Assembly: GCA_016187395.1 (NCBI GenBank)
Contig: JACPJV010000014.1
Location: 891-64,890, forward strand
Source of the DNA: Candidatus Aenigmatarchaeota archaeon
GTDB taxonomy: Archaea > Aenigmatarchaeota > Aenigmatarchaeia > GW2011-AR5 > JACRAC01
Direction of reading: 5' to 3'
DNA: 64,000 nucleotides
A program made the position numbers and the translations under genes. Under the pieces are notes generated by a model. It was not told the origin of the DNA, did not search any database, and saw nothing but the letters and a program-made list of their open reading frames with translations. This document shows, in pieces, positions 1 through 9,989 of this stretch (its first letter is position 1; the number at the start of each line of letters is the position of its first letter).

Positions 1-80
1 ACATCGCGCTCCGATTCTTCTTCCAGAATGCGCTTCTTCCTTCTTCTTTTGCGCAGCTGCTCAAGAACATCTTCGCTCAT
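1..80 (-). CDS. partial ORF, N-terminus only (continues beyond window start)
   Basis: ATG at 80-78 on minus strand, open to window edge; visible peptide MSEDVLEQLRKRRRKKRILEEESERD; no family assignable. Confidence 0.25.
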   Translation of the reverse strand, partial: MSEDVLEQLRKRRRKKRILEEESERD

Positions 81-128
81 AGAAATCAAACCTCATGTTT
101 TCTGGCAGGAAACATGAATACGCCTTCG

Positions 129-317
129 CTACGCAGCCATGCCTTCCTCGTTTATCTGGGATACGGCAAACAAAGGCTTTTCTGTGAGCAGCTGGAGAAT
201 GTCGCCGCCAGTTTCGTTATGATTGCAATCTGCGCAATAGAAGTTCGTCATTGCCATTCCTAAAAGAAAGCCTGCGTTCATAAGTTGCATATCATTCTTG
301 CACCTCGGGCATCTCAT
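129..317 (-). CDS. small zinc-ribbon protein (two CxxC pairs)
   Basis: ORF track 129..326 starts at TTG; first ATG at 317 gives MRCPRCKN...YCADCNH with CxxC...CxxC. Confidence 0.4.
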   Translation of the reverse strand: MRCPRCKNDMQLMNAGFLLGMAMTNFYCADCNHNETGGDILQLLTEKPLFAVSQINEEGMAA

Positions 318-352
318 AGAATGCAAGAAGCGCGAAAGCTTTTAAGCGTTTT

Positions 353-1102
353 TTACAATCGGAAAAGCTTCCTAAGCCAGGATGGTTCCTGATATTCAAC
401 TCCAAGAAGGTACGCAGCAAGCCGCTTTATTTCCCTGGCAGCCGGCGATCGCGGCCTGTAATGCACGACAGGCATCCGCGCTGCTATGGATTCCGGCACT
501 GCCGGATCTTCCGGTATTTCTGCCACTATCTGCGAATCAAGCATTGTCATTATCTGCTCGTATGACATCTCGTGCTTTCTTCCTGTAATGCGGTTTACAA
601 CCGTACCAAGCGTTTTCGTGCCAAGCTGCTCCCCGATCTTTGCTGCCTTTAAAGAATCAGTCACAGACGGCATGTCCGGCGTTGTTACAAGCAAGGTTTC
701 ATCAGCGCTTTCCTGTGCTGCCAGTGCCTCGCGGCCAAGGCCTGCGCTTGCATCAAGCAGAATATAATCCACTATTCCAACGAGATCCAGAAGATGCGTA
801 GAAAGTTCTTTCGGGTCTACTCCACGCAGATCATCAAGCGAAATTCCGGCCGGTATTACGCGCAGCCCGGATGGATGGCGGTATATCGCGTCGGTAATAG
901 AAACACGCCCTTTGAGCACATCGTGCATGGTTTTCGGGTATAGAGGGATGCCTAAGTGTATCCCCAGGTTTGGTGTTGTAAGGTTTGCGTCTACGGCCAC
1001 CACATTAGCGCCAAAGTCCGCCATAGCTGTGCCTAGATTAGCTGTTAAGGTACTCTTGCCTACACCTCCTTTGCCTCCGAGGAGGGCTATAATCCGCGTC
1101 AT
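353..1102 (-). CDS. minD: MinD/ParA-family P-loop ATPase
   Basis: Deviant Walker A GGKGGVGKST at N-terminus, 249 aa, typical MinD/Mrp length and layout. Confidence 0.85.
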   Translation of the reverse strand: MTRIIALLGGKGGVGKSTLTANLGTAMADFGANVVAVDANLTTPNLGIHLGIPLYPKTMHDVLKGRVSITDAIYRHPSGLRVIPAGISLDDLRGVDPKELSTHLLDLVGIVDYILLDASAGLGREALAAQESADETLLVTTPDMPSVTDSLKAAKIGEQLGTKTLGTVVNRITGRKHEMSYEQIMTMLDSQIVAEIPEDPAVPESIAARMPVVHYRPRSPAAREIKRLAAYLLGVEYQEPSWLRKLFRL

Positions 1103-1164
1103 CAGATGAATTATGCAAGAAGCGATATTTAATAATTGCGGGGGTAGGGAAAAGCCGTGTAAAG

Positions 1165-2292
1165 TTATGCGACAGCCTGCCTGGCAAAATAATCCATCAC
1201 TTCTTCCAAAGGAGGCGCTTCAAAAAGCCTTCTCCTCCTTCCAAGAATTTCGTTTGCCACAGACTGGTACATGAGTCCTATCATGTCCCTGAACTCTGCG
1301 GGCAGGGGCACGGGCTCTATTCCAACATGGTCGCGCCAGTCTCCTGGATGCTCTTTTTTTGCTCTCTCTGTTGCAGCGACCCACTCCGGCTGCTCTCTCC
1401 TGTAAAATCGGCGGGCAACCTCCTTGCTGACCGGAATCGTGGTTCCATCTCTCTTATAGGTGAATCTGCACTCGTCCAACGTGCCCAAGGCATCGACGAG
1501 CATTATGCTTCTTGTTCCATCCTGAGCAAAATCTCCGAACCCGAACTCGAATTTTCCATCCTCGTTGGCAAGGCCTAGTGGTGCTGTGGCTTCTGATATG
1601 AGCCTGTTTGCCATCGACATGTAATCTCTTATTTTTTCGCTTTCTCCGGGATGGAGCCCTGCAAGCCTTTCAGCCTCTTTCCAGGACATGTATCTGTCAG
1701 ATTGCTCGAACTTGCTGCTTAAATCGAGGAAAGGCTTTGGAAGCTGGTCTCCTTCTCTTGGCATGGCATCTAGTCCCATTTCAGCAGGGGTTAGCTGCCC
1801 TGACCCCAGGCGTTTGAAGACAGAGCTTCCCAGAGGCAGGCTGTTTCTGTATATGAATTCCATCGGGACAAGCGTTATTCTTGGTAGTAGCTGGAATGCA
1901 GAATAGTCGTAGACGGCTCTGTTTTCTCCATCACCTACAGTCGCTGAATGGGCATCCTTTTCTTCATCCGCGTCGCATGGTTTTCTCTTGACAGGCTTCA
2001 AAACGTTCAGAAGCCACACCCCCATCTGATTGCACGGCCTGTCCAGATCGGCTAAATTTGCATATTCCCCGTCTACTGCCAGGCCGTTGTAATGAGTTTG
2101 CCATCCTGCCCTTGCCAGTGGCTCAAAGTAATATGCAGACATCATGCAGAGGGCTGCTCCCTTTCCCGGTATCTGGTCGGGCATGCGCCCCCAGTCGAAG
2201 ACGGAGTAGCTGTCTGAGAATGTGAATATGCCGCTCCCGAGGTTTTCGTGGGTGGGCTGGCGCAATACCGAGATATCCTTCACGCTGCCCAT
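1165..2292 (-). CDS. purC: phosphoribosylaminoimidazole-succinocarboxamide (SAICAR) synthase, long form
   Basis: PurC-like blocks (FSDSYSVFDW, VPMEFIYRN, GKFEFGF...LVDALGTLDECRF); 375 aa. Confidence 0.7.
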   Translation of the reverse strand: MGSVKDISVLRQPTHENLGSGIFTFSDSYSVFDWGRMPDQIPGKGAALCMMSAYYFEPLARAGWQTHYNGLAVDGEYANLADLDRPCNQMGVWLLNVLKPVKRKPCDADEEKDAHSATVGDGENRAVYDYSAFQLLPRITLVPMEFIYRNSLPLGSSVFKRLGSGQLTPAEMGLDAMPREGDQLPKPFLDLSSKFEQSDRYMSWKEAERLAGLHPGESEKIRDYMSMANRLISEATAPLGLANEDGKFEFGFGDFAQDGTRSIMLVDALGTLDECRFTYKRDGTTIPVSKEVARRFYRREQPEWVAATERAKKEHPGDWRDHVGIEPVPLPAEFRDMIGLMYQSVANEILGRRRRLFEAPPLEEVMDYFARQAVA

Positions 2293-2431
2293 GCGTATTT
2301 CTGGGAAATGAAGTTTTAAATTCGTGCGGTGAGTTAATCCTGACTCGCCTGAATCTTCTTTCCCTCAGAAGGGCTCTTTTTGAAGAAAAGGTAGAATTGT
2401 GATGCTTTCAAAACTATTTCTCAATGGGATA

Positions 2432-2439
2432 TTTAATAG
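2432..2439 (+). promoter_or_regulatory. candidate TATA box for tRNA-Arg
   Basis: TTTAATAG about 25-31 nt upstream of tRNA position 1. Confidence 0.3.
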
Positions 2440-2462
2440 CTATCATCAACAAGGTAGTTTAT

Positions 2463-2572
<110 letters not shown>

Positions 2573-2585
2573 TTTAGGTGAATTA

Positions 2586-3308
2586 ATGGAAAAGGAAATC
2601 AGGATAAAGACTGGGGACGGGCATGTGATTTATGGCACGCTGACGAAGGCGAAAGGAAAGTCAAAAAGGCTGATAATATTTGTGCATGGCCTCGCTGGTC
2701 ACAAGAATGAGCATATATTTTTTAACGCAGCAAGATTTTTCCCTAAGAGGGGTTATAGCACCTTCAGGTTCGATTTGTATAGCTGGCAAAAGGGCGCTAG
2801 GAAACTGAGAAATTGTACGATAACCTTACATGGAAAGGACGTGAAAAGAATTGTGAATTTTTTCAAGGGAAAGGGTTATCAACAAATATTTCTTGTTGGC
2901 CATAGCCTTGGAGGTCCGATAACATTACTTTCTGACACATCTAAACTGAATGCTATTGTTCTTTGGGACCCTACATATAACCTGAAAAGGTTATTTTCGT
3001 CGGAAGTTTACAAAAAAATTGATTATGGGGTTGTATTTGATTGGGGGATAGATATTGTTATAGGAAAAAAGATGTATAGAGAAGCTATGAAATTCGACTC
3101 CAGAAAACTGATTAAGAACATTAAAGTCCCTATTAAGATAGGGGTCGCCGGCAAAGGAATTCTTGTAGAAGGCGCTAGGAAATATTTCCATGATGCGAAT
3201 CCTCCAAAAGATTTGACTATAATCAAAGGTGCAACCCACGGTTTCGACGAAGAAGGAGCCGAAGAAATTTTGTTCAAAGAAACACTGAAGTGGCTTGATA
3301 AATTTTAA
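2586..3308 (+). CDS. alpha/beta-fold hydrolase
   Basis: Nucleophile elbow GHSLGG, HG-type oxyanion region FVHGLAGH; start moved to ATG 2586 because the track start 2529 overlaps the tRNA. Confidence 0.7.
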   Translation: MEKEIRIKTGDGHVIYGTLTKAKGKSKRLIIFVHGLAGHKNEHIFFNAARFFPKRGYSTFRFDLYSWQKGARKLRNCTITLHGKDVKRIVNFFKGKGYQQIFLVGHSLGGPITLLSDTSKLNAIVLWDPTYNLKRLFSSEVYKKIDYGVVFDWGIDIVIGKKMYREAMKFDSRKLIKNIKVPIKIGVAGKGILVEGARKYFHDANPPKDLTIIKGATHGFDEEGAEEILFKETLKWLDKF

Positions 3309-6026
3309 GTGATTTCCATGGACTTCAAAGAAATCGAGAAAAAGTGGCAGTTCAGGTGGGGAGATAAATTCTACGAGCCAAAGGGCAAGGGCAGGAAATT
3401 CTTCGTCACATTTCCCTATCCTTACGTAAACGGCGCGCCTCATATAGGACATATTTATACTCTTTTTCGGGTGGATGTTTTTGCCAGGTTCAAACGAATG
3501 CGGGGCTTTGACGTGCTTTTCCCACAAAGCTTTCACGCAACAGGCGAACCACTTGTTGGGGCGATAGAAAGGCTAAGGAAAGGTGATGCTGTCCAGCTAA
3601 ACACGTTCAAGGCATCCGGCGCAACCGACGAGGATATAGAAAAATTCAAGGAAGATCCTATATACGCCGCGAAGTTCTGGAAAAGAAGATGGATGTCTGA
3701 CCTCAAGGCAGCTGCGGCGTCTATAGACTGGTCGCGAACTTTCATGACAGCTACGCCGCACTACAACAAATTCATAGAGTGGCAATATTTGACGTTGAGA
3801 AGGAAAAAACTTGTGGTAAAGGGAACTCACCCGGTTATATGGTGCCCACATGACCAGAGCCCTACCGGCGACCATGACAGGCTGGAAGGCGAGGGAGAAT
3901 ACCCGGTTGAGCATGTGCTCCTGAAATTTGAGGTAAGTTCGTTATCAGAACAGATGGATAATTTCTCTGTTTTTCTGGTTGTTTCTACGCTAAGACCTGA
4001 AACTGTCTACGGAGTCACGAACATCTGGGTTGATGAAAATACGGAATATGTAATGGCTGTTATGAGCAATGAGGTTTGGATAGTTTCTGAGAAGGCCTTC
4101 GAAAAGCTAAGAGATCAAAACAAAGACCCCAGAGAGATAGGAAGAATCAGCGGCTCTGGGCTTCTTGGAAAGAGGGCTGTTAATCCGGTCACAAACAGGG
4201 AAATTCCGATTTTACCAGGAAAGTTTATAGAAACCGACGTGGGCACCGGAATTGTTATGAGCGTACCGAGCCACGCACCATACGACTGGATGGCTGTCAA
4301 AGGGCTTTTATCAAAGCCTGAGGAGATGGAACGCTTCGGAGTGACAGAAAGAGAGCTGCAGCCGATAAAGGTTGTGAATACAGAAGGCTACGGGGAGAAC
4401 CCTGCCGCGGATTTGTGCGAAAAACTGGGTGTAAAATCGCTTGAACAAAGGGATCTTCTGGAGAAGGCAACAAAAGAATTGTATACGAAGGAGTTTTATC
4501 AAGGAACCATAATGCTGGATTATGGCAAATACGGCGGAAAGAGCGTGGAAAAAAGCAAAGACACCCTTGTCAAGGATTTTCTGAAGGCAAAGATCGCTGA
4601 CATACTCTTCGAAACCAGCAATAAAGTCGTGTGCAGATGCGGAACTCGATGCCACGTAAAGGTCCTCAAGAACCAGTGGTTCCTTAAGTATTCGGACAGG
4701 ACCTGGAAAAAGGATGCAAAAAATCACATAAAACTTATGCAAATTCTGCCAGAAGAGGCGAGGACAAACCTGCTCGCAACCATAGACTGGCTTGACGACA
4801 AGGCGTGCGCGCGCAAAAGTGGTCTGGGTACAAAGCTGCCGTGGGACAAGGAATGGATTGTTGAAACATTAAGCGACAGCACGATATACATGGCGTTCTA
4901 TACAATATACGGAATTATAGAGAGGGAAAGGATTGCAGCGGAAAACTTGAATGTGGAAGTATTTGATTATGTTTTCCTTGGCAAGAATCTGGCAAAGGCA
5001 AGGAAATCTGTGGGCATTCAAACACTCAAAAAAATGCGCTCCGAATTCCTGAGATGGTATCCTGTTGACATGAGGGTAAGCGGCAAGGACCTGATCCAGA
5101 ATCACTTTGCCTTCTTTATTCTGCATCACATCGCGCTGTTTTCAAAAAACCACTGGCCTAGAGGCATAGGAATCAACGGGCATGTAACAATAGAAGGCGA
5201 GAAGATGAGCAAAAGCAAGGGCAATGTGCTTTTGCTAAAGGATATGATTGATAATTACAGTTCTGACCTGGTTAGAATTACTGTTGTCGGCTCAGGCGAA
5301 GGTCTCGATGATGCGAACTGGTCTGTCCGGGATATAGATGCATACCGTTCCAGGATAGAATTTATCCTCGAAACAGCAAATAACCTGAAGAACCTGAAAC
5401 CGGTGAAAGAAAGAAATAGTGACAAATGGCTTCTGTCGGAATTACAGCGTATCTTAAAGGAGACGAAAGAGTGTTATGAAAAATTGCTCATAAGAACTGC
5501 CTGCAATTCTGCTGTATTCCGCTCTCACAATGCGCTAAAGTGGTATCTGCGAAGATGCGGTTCTTTTGAGAATTCAAACAAAGCTGCGCTAGAGAAATTT
5601 CTATCAGCCATCATCAGAATAATCTCGCCGCTTGCACCACATACAATGGAAGAGGCATGGCATATGCTGGGAAAAACTACGTCCGTGTCTCACGAGGAAT
5701 GGCCCGAGGAGGATGAAAACCTGTACGACATATATGCAGAGGCTTGCGAAAATTTGCTTAAAAAAATAATCCAGGATGTCGAAAATGTAAAAAGGATGAT
5801 ATCAAAGAAAACTCCTGACCCAAAGAAGGCAACTATATTTGTTGCGAGAAAACCTGCTTTTAAAGATGCCAAAGAGAAAGCAGTTCAATTATCTGTTCTT
5901 AATGAAGCAAAAGACTTTCTGTCTAAAGAGTTACGTCTTGAGGTAAAAATAATCGATGGCGACAAAAGCATAGACGTAAAGGCGGAAAAAGCTACGCCAG
6001 AGAAGCCGGGTATATTCATAGAATGA
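3309..6026 (+). CDS. leuS: leucyl-tRNA synthetase (archaeal type)
   Basis: HIGH motif (APHIGH), KMSKS motif, 905 aa; GTG at 3309 or ATG at 3318. Confidence 0.95.
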   Translation: MISMDFKEIEKKWQFRWGDKFYEPKGKGRKFFVTFPYPYVNGAPHIGHIYTLFRVDVFARFKRMRGFDVLFPQSFHATGEPLVGAIERLRKGDAVQLNTFKASGATDEDIEKFKEDPIYAAKFWKRRWMSDLKAAAASIDWSRTFMTATPHYNKFIEWQYLTLRRKKLVVKGTHPVIWCPHDQSPTGDHDRLEGEGEYPVEHVLLKFEVSSLSEQMDNFSVFLVVSTLRPETVYGVTNIWVDENTEYVMAVMSNEVWIVSEKAFEKLRDQNKDPREIGRISGSGLLGKRAVNPVTNREIPILPGKFIETDVGTGIVMSVPSHAPYDWMAVKGLLSKPEEMERFGVTERELQPIKVVNTEGYGENPAADLCEKLGVKSLEQRDLLEKATKELYTKEFYQGTIMLDYGKYGGKSVEKSKDTLVKDFLKAKIADILFETSNKVVCRCGTRCHVKVLKNQWFLKYSDRTWKKDAKNHIKLMQILPEEARTNLLATIDWLDDKACARKSGLGTKLPWDKEWIVETLSDSTIYMAFYTIYGIIERERIAAENLNVEVFDYVFLGKNLAKARKSVGIQTLKKMRSEFLRWYPVDMRVSGKDLIQNHFAFFILHHIALFSKNHWPRGIGINGHVTIEGEKMSKSKGNVLLLKDMIDNYSSDLVRITVVGSGEGLDDANWSVRDIDAYRSRIEFILETANNLKNLKPVKERNSDKWLLSELQRILKETKECYEKLLIRTACNSAVFRSHNALKWYLRRCGSFENSNKAALEKFLSAIIRIISPLAPHTMEEAWHMLGKTTSVSHEEWPEEDENLYDIYAEACENLLKKIIQDVENVKRMISKKTPDPKKATIFVARKPAFKDAKEKAVQLSVLNEAKDFLSKELRLEVKIIDGDKSIDVKAEKATPEKPGIFIE

Positions 6027-6030
6027 ATAT

Positions 6031-6256
6031 GGTGAAGCAACAAAATAAACCCGATAAGATTTTGTTGCTTCCCATCCAGTGAACCAAACTCAAGCCGGTA
6101 TTATTAATTTGGTTCACTATAAACATAGTTACTCCTACTACTATTATTTATATGTATATAGTGAAACCACAAAATAAACAGGATATCATACTTGTGGTTT
6201 CACATATAGTGAGCAAGGAAGTATTATATCCTGATTTATTCCTTGCATCACTATAA
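6031..6256 (+). repeat. four tandem hairpins of the GTGA...TCACTATA family (two 2-hairpin modules)
   Basis: Stems 6034-6046/6059-6071, 6078-6088/6108-6118, 6161-6172/6192-6203, 6206-6220/6239-6254; paralog at 10229-10319. Confidence 0.75.
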
Positions 6257-6262
6257 GAAAAA

Positions 6263-6556
6263 TTAAAACTTCTCCAGGCTTTCTGTAAGAGGCTCTTTAC
6301 ATTCCTCTGCCCGAAGCCTTCTGTACCTTGACAGGAAACCTTCAAGGAGGAATTCCATTCGCTTAAGCCTTTCCTCTATTCTATCTGAGCGCTTTTCACT
6401 TTCAAGCAGGGCACACCATAACTGTGCGATCTTCACTTCATCTGCGTTGAAGTATGCGCCTCTATGCTGCGCTACATTCTCCAGATAGGCATTAAGCCTC
6501 GCTTCATCTTCTGGCTTCAGAAAACCTTTCCAATTCTTCTCTGTCTTTGTCAACAT
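6263..6556 (-). CDS. hypothetical protein
   Basis: 97-aa ORF, helical charged sequence, no recognisable motif. Confidence 0.45.
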   Translation of the reverse strand: MLTKTEKNWKGFLKPEDEARLNAYLENVAQHRGAYFNADEVKIAQLWCALLESEKRSDRIEERLKRMEFLLEGFLSRYRRLRAEECKEPLTESLEKF

Positions 6557-6626
6557 CTCTGCACCGTACCACTACTTGACGACTAAAATCTTATATACTT
6601 ATTTGACGGGAGAAAAATACAAAGGT

Positions 6627-7277
6627 TTAAGTCTGTTTGGATTCCGGTTTCTTTTCATATCTTTCTACAAATTCTACAGATTCCAGACCAATCCATTTTA
6701 TTATGATGTCTGCTATGCGATCTTTAATCTGCTTTGGTGCTGGAGCAAATATTTTCGCTGCTTTTCCTTCTACCTCTATTTTATCTGCGTTAATGCCAAA
6801 AAACTCCAGGACTGCATTGATTTTCTCCTTTTCACCTTCTATTTTTCCGGTTATTTTTATTTTGTAATGAAGCCTTTTTCCTGCAAGGGGGTGGTTGAAA
6901 TCTACGCGCACACGGCCTCCGCTCACAGCCTGAACTCTTCCCAGGGCTTCGCCAAAGTCCACCACTGTTCCTGGTTTTGGTGTTTCTTTGAAGGATTTTA
7001 AAGGAAGGGTCTTTATCATTTCCGGCATTCTTTTGCCAAAGGCGTCTTGCGGCTCTATGACCACCTCTTTCTCCTCGTTTACATCCATCTTTTCCAGCTC
7101 ACCGTCGAGACCCGGCAGAATAAAGTTTGCACCTACTATTACAGGAACTGGGCTGTATCTGGCTTTCGGGTTGAATATTTTTTCTTTCTTGGCCAAATCT
7201 TCATTCGTCAGATCGAAAATCTCCCCTGAGTCCAGCCTTCCCACGTATTCTATTTTAACTACGTCTCCTTTCTTCAT
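6627..7277 (-). CDS. FKBP-type peptidyl-prolyl cis-trans isomerase (long archaeal type)
   Basis: MKKGDVVKIEYVGRL...DFNHPLAGK typical of archaeal FKBP/SlyD; start set at ATG 7277; the track extension to 7439 is low-complexity. Confidence 0.85.
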   Translation of the reverse strand: MKKGDVVKIEYVGRLDSGEIFDLTNEDLAKKEKIFNPKARYSPVPVIVGANFILPGLDGELEKMDVNEEKEVVIEPQDAFGKRMPEMIKTLPLKSFKETPKPGTVVDFGEALGRVQAVSGGRVRVDFNHPLAGKRLHYKIKITGKIEGEKEKINAVLEFFGINADKIEVEGKAAKIFAPAPKQIKDRIADIIIKWIGLESVEFVERYEKKPESKQT

Positions 7278-7340
7278 GTTATTAGATGTGAGGAATAACT
7301 TTAAATATATATAACGATAGTAGTAGTAATAGGAGATACG

Positions 7341-7463
7341 ATGAAGCTCAGATGCAGCAAGTGCGGCCACGTATGGCCGACGAGGAAGGACTCCATACCT
7401 GTCCTTTGCCCGAGATGCAAATACTCGACCTATTACCACAAACCGATAGTTCTCAGGAAATGA
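7341..7463 (+). CDS. 40-aa zinc-ribbon protein
   Basis: MKLRCSKCGHVW...LCPRCKY (CxxC x2); AGGAGA 8 nt upstream; below track cutoff. Confidence 0.4.
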   Translation: MKLRCSKCGHVWPTRKDSIPVLCPRCKYSTYYHKPIVLRK

Positions 7464-7531
7464 TGAAATAAGAAACGAGTATAAATAGTTTCATTACAAT
7501 AACTATAAAATCCTTTTGATAGGGTGTTAAG

Positions 7532-8596
7532 ATGGGTGTTCTTACTGTTGAAAAGACCGGAAAGCGCACAGAGGACGAGGAGCTGAAAAAGATTCTTGAA
7601 TCTCAGAAAGCTGTTATCAAAATTATTGGCGCCGGCGGATGCGGGAACAACACTATTTCTAGATTGATGCAGTCGGGTATAGCGGGCGCTGAGACTATTG
7701 CTGTGAACACAGATGCGCAGGATTTGCTGTATACCGACGCCGATGTCAAGCTCCTGATAGGAAGGGGGCTCACAGGAGGGCTTGGCGCTGGCGCTGATCC
7801 CAAGGTTGGTGAAGAATCCGCCAAGGAAAGCAGGAACGAGATAAAGAAGGTTGTGGAAGGATCTGACCTTATTTTTGTAACGTGCGGGCTTGGCGGCGGA
7901 ACAGGCACAGGCTCTATCTATGTTATAGCGGAAACTGCAAAAAAATGCGGTGCGCTAACAGTAGGAGTAGTAACAATTCCCTTTGACATGGAGGGAAGGG
8001 AACGGATGAAGAACGCGATAAAGGGGCTGGAGAGATTACGTGATGCTGTAGATACTCTTATAGTTATCCCAAATCAGCGGCTTTTGGACATTGTGCCTGA
8101 CGTAAGCCTGCCTGCGGCATTCAAGATTGCCGACGAAGTCCTTGTAAACTCTGTTAAAGGAATCATAGACCTTATAACAAGGCCCGGTCTTGTCAACAGG
8201 GACTTTGCAGACGTGCGCGCTATACTGAAAAACGGAGGAATGGCAATGATAGGAATAGGCGAAAGCGATGGCGACAAGAGGGCGGCTGAGGCTATAGAGC
8301 GCGCACTAAATAACCCGCTGTTGAATGTAGAGCTGGATGGGGCAAGAGGCGCTCTGATTAATATTAGCGGAGGAACCGACATAACAACAAGCGAGATAAA
8401 AGAAATTGTTGAATCTGTAAGCTCAAGGATGAGCCCTGACGCGAAAATACTCTGGGGAGTCCAGATAATGAAGGAGCTAGGAGAAACTGTAAGAGCTCTT
8501 GTTGTAATAAGCGGCGTTAGCTCCCCAATTATGCATGCCGTATCATCGCCAAAGAGCGACGTGGAATCAATCCTTGGGATAGATTTTGTGAAGTGA
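7532..8596 (+). CDS. ftsZ: cell division GTPase FtsZ
   Basis: Tubulin signature [17 protein letters not shown]-terminal GTP-binding block. Confidence 0.95.
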   Translation: MGVLTVEKTGKRTEDEELKKILESQKAVIKIIGAGGCGNNTISRLMQSGIAGAETIAVNTDAQDLLYTDADVKLLIGRGLTGGLGAGADPKVGEESAKESRNEIKKVVEGSDLIFVTCGLGGGTGTGSIYVIAETAKKCGALTVGVVTIPFDMEGRERMKNAIKGLERLRDAVDTLIVIPNQRLLDIVPDVSLPAAFKIADEVLVNSVKGIIDLITRPGLVNRDFADVRAILKNGGMAMIGIGESDGDKRAAEAIERALNNPLLNVELDGARGALINISGGTDITTSEIKEIVESVSSRMSPDAKILWGVQIMKELGETVRALVVISGVSSPIMHAVSSPKSDVESILGIDFVK

Positions 8597-8760
8597 ATTA
8601 TGGAGAAAATGTATAAAAAGTCTCCTGTGATATTTTTCTTCAGTTCAAGAATTAGAATGGCAAGAGCGGGAAAGAATGAGAAATGCTTTGGGAAAATGCA
8701 GAACCTATTGCCGCTCTTGCCTGACGAGGCATTTAAATCTTTGTTTTCGAAAAGCATTGT

Positions 8761-8949
8761 ATGGTTCTTCTAAAATTGAGAGAATTCATCCAGAAGAGCA
8801 GGCGCGTTATGCTCGTGGCTAGCAAGCCAGACCCCGAAGAGTTCAAGCTCTCGGCAAAAATAACAGGAATAGGCATTGTGATAATCGGCGTGATCGGCTT
8901 TGCGCTGTTTTTGCTTTTCACGCTCACTCCTGTTTCGGTGATTGCATGA
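8761..8949 (+). CDS. secE: protein translocase subunit SecE/Sec61-gamma
   Basis: 62 aa, single C-terminal TM, position immediately upstream of spt5 as in archaeal secE-nusG clusters. Confidence 0.8.
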   Translation: MVLLKLREFIQKSRRVMLVASKPDPEEFKLSAKITGIGIVIIGVIGFALFLLFTLTPVSVIA

Positions 8950-9383
8950 TAGTGACTATAAGGACAACTATGGGAAGGGAAAACATGGTTTTGGAAGCTT
9001 TGTCTGTGAAGATTGACAAGAGGAAATCTCCCATAAAATCTCTCTTTCGCACAGAAGATTTGCGAGGCTATATATTCGTAGAAGGAGACCCTGACGAAGT
9101 TGACGGGCTTATCAAGAATGTTCAGCATGTAAGAGGCATAGTTGCGAGGGATGTTTCATTGGAAGAGCTGGAAAAATTTCTCGTGCCAGAAAAGCAGCAT
9201 ATTCAGCTGGAGATAGGCGATGTAGTGGAAATCATAGGCAGCCCGTTTAAGGGTGAGAAAGCCAAGATAACGCGTGTAGACGAGATGAAAAATGACATCA
9301 CCGTGGAACTCTTGGAAGTTGCCATACCGATACCTGTCACGATTCCTGCTGCATCAGTGCGGCTGCATAAGAAGAAGGAATGA
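8946..9383 (+). CDS. spt5: transcription elongation factor Spt5 (NusG)
   Basis: NGN domain ([11 protein letters not shown]...GYIFVEG) plus KOW (GDVVEIIGSPFKGEKAKI); ATGA overlap with secE. Confidence 0.9.
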   Translation: MIVTIRTTMGRENMVLEALSVKIDKRKSPIKSLFRTEDLRGYIFVEGDPDEVDGLIKNVQHVRGIVARDVSLEELEKFLVPEKQHIQLEIGDVVEIIGSPFKGEKAKITRVDEMKNDITVELLEVAIPIPVTIPAASVRLHKKKE

Positions 9384-9393
9384 TATGAAAAAG

Positions 9394-9411
9394 TTGGTTC
9401 ATATGAACCAA
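9394..9411. repeat. 18-nt perfect palindrome TTGGTTCATATGAACCAA
   Basis: Self-complementary; shares the TGAACCAA/TTGGTTCA arms of the hairpin family; 11 nt after spt5 stop. Confidence 0.7.
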
Positions 9412-9419
9412 GCTGCAGA

Positions 9420-9929
9420 TTATGGAGTTGGAGTATAAGGATCCTGCCTTCTTCGTTTTTCTTCACGTCTTTTCAATGCGCGATTTGTTCCTACTCCTGC
9501 TGTAATACCTAACCCAACCGATAAAATCGCGGTAGGTAAGAATACCATTTTTTCCCTGAAATTAACTTTATCCCAATTTTCCTGCACAACCTGGTTTAGT
9601 TCTTCCCTTCTTTGGAGCGATACTCTTAATTCTGGAGTTGTCATTCTTTCCAGCTCCTCCTGCGCCCTGGCAACAGCGCTCCATTTATACCCAACAGGGT
9701 CGTTTGCACCTTCTAAAACCAGTGACCGAATGCTTTCCGCGCTCTCCCTGTATTCTGCATAATCTACCCTTGATTCTATCTGGCGCACTTCAGCTGCTGC
9801 ACTTTCATATAATCTTCTCGGTGCGCTGCCAATGTATCCGGATAACAGGACTCCTCCAAGCATTACTGCAGTGAATGCTGCAGTTCCTACCAAACTTGAT
9901 AATATCTCGCGCCTAGTGTCCGAACTCAT
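9420..9929 (-). CDS. hypothetical membrane protein
   Basis: 169 aa, N- and C-terminal hydrophobic segments; sits where the 5' half of rpl11 would be expected. Confidence 0.5.
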   Translation of the reverse strand: MSSDTRREILSSLVGTAAFTAVMLGGVLLSGYIGSAPRRLYESAAAEVRQIESRVDYAEYRESAESIRSLVLEGANDPVGYKWSAVARAQEELERMTTPELRVSLQRREELNQVVQENWDKVNFREKMVFLPTAILSVGLGITAGVGTNRALKRREEKRRRQDPYTPTP

Positions 9930-9989
9930 TCAATCACTTAATCAAAATAGGCAGAAACCCTTAAATTCTCTTCCTGCTCTTTATGCTGC

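Noticed and set aside
6627-7439. 270-aa version of the FKBP ORF
   Set aside because: The first 54 codons (..SYYYYYRYIYLKLF..) are AT-rich promoter-like sequence and overlap the plus-strand zinc-ribbon ORF. The conserved FKBP N-terminus starts at M55.
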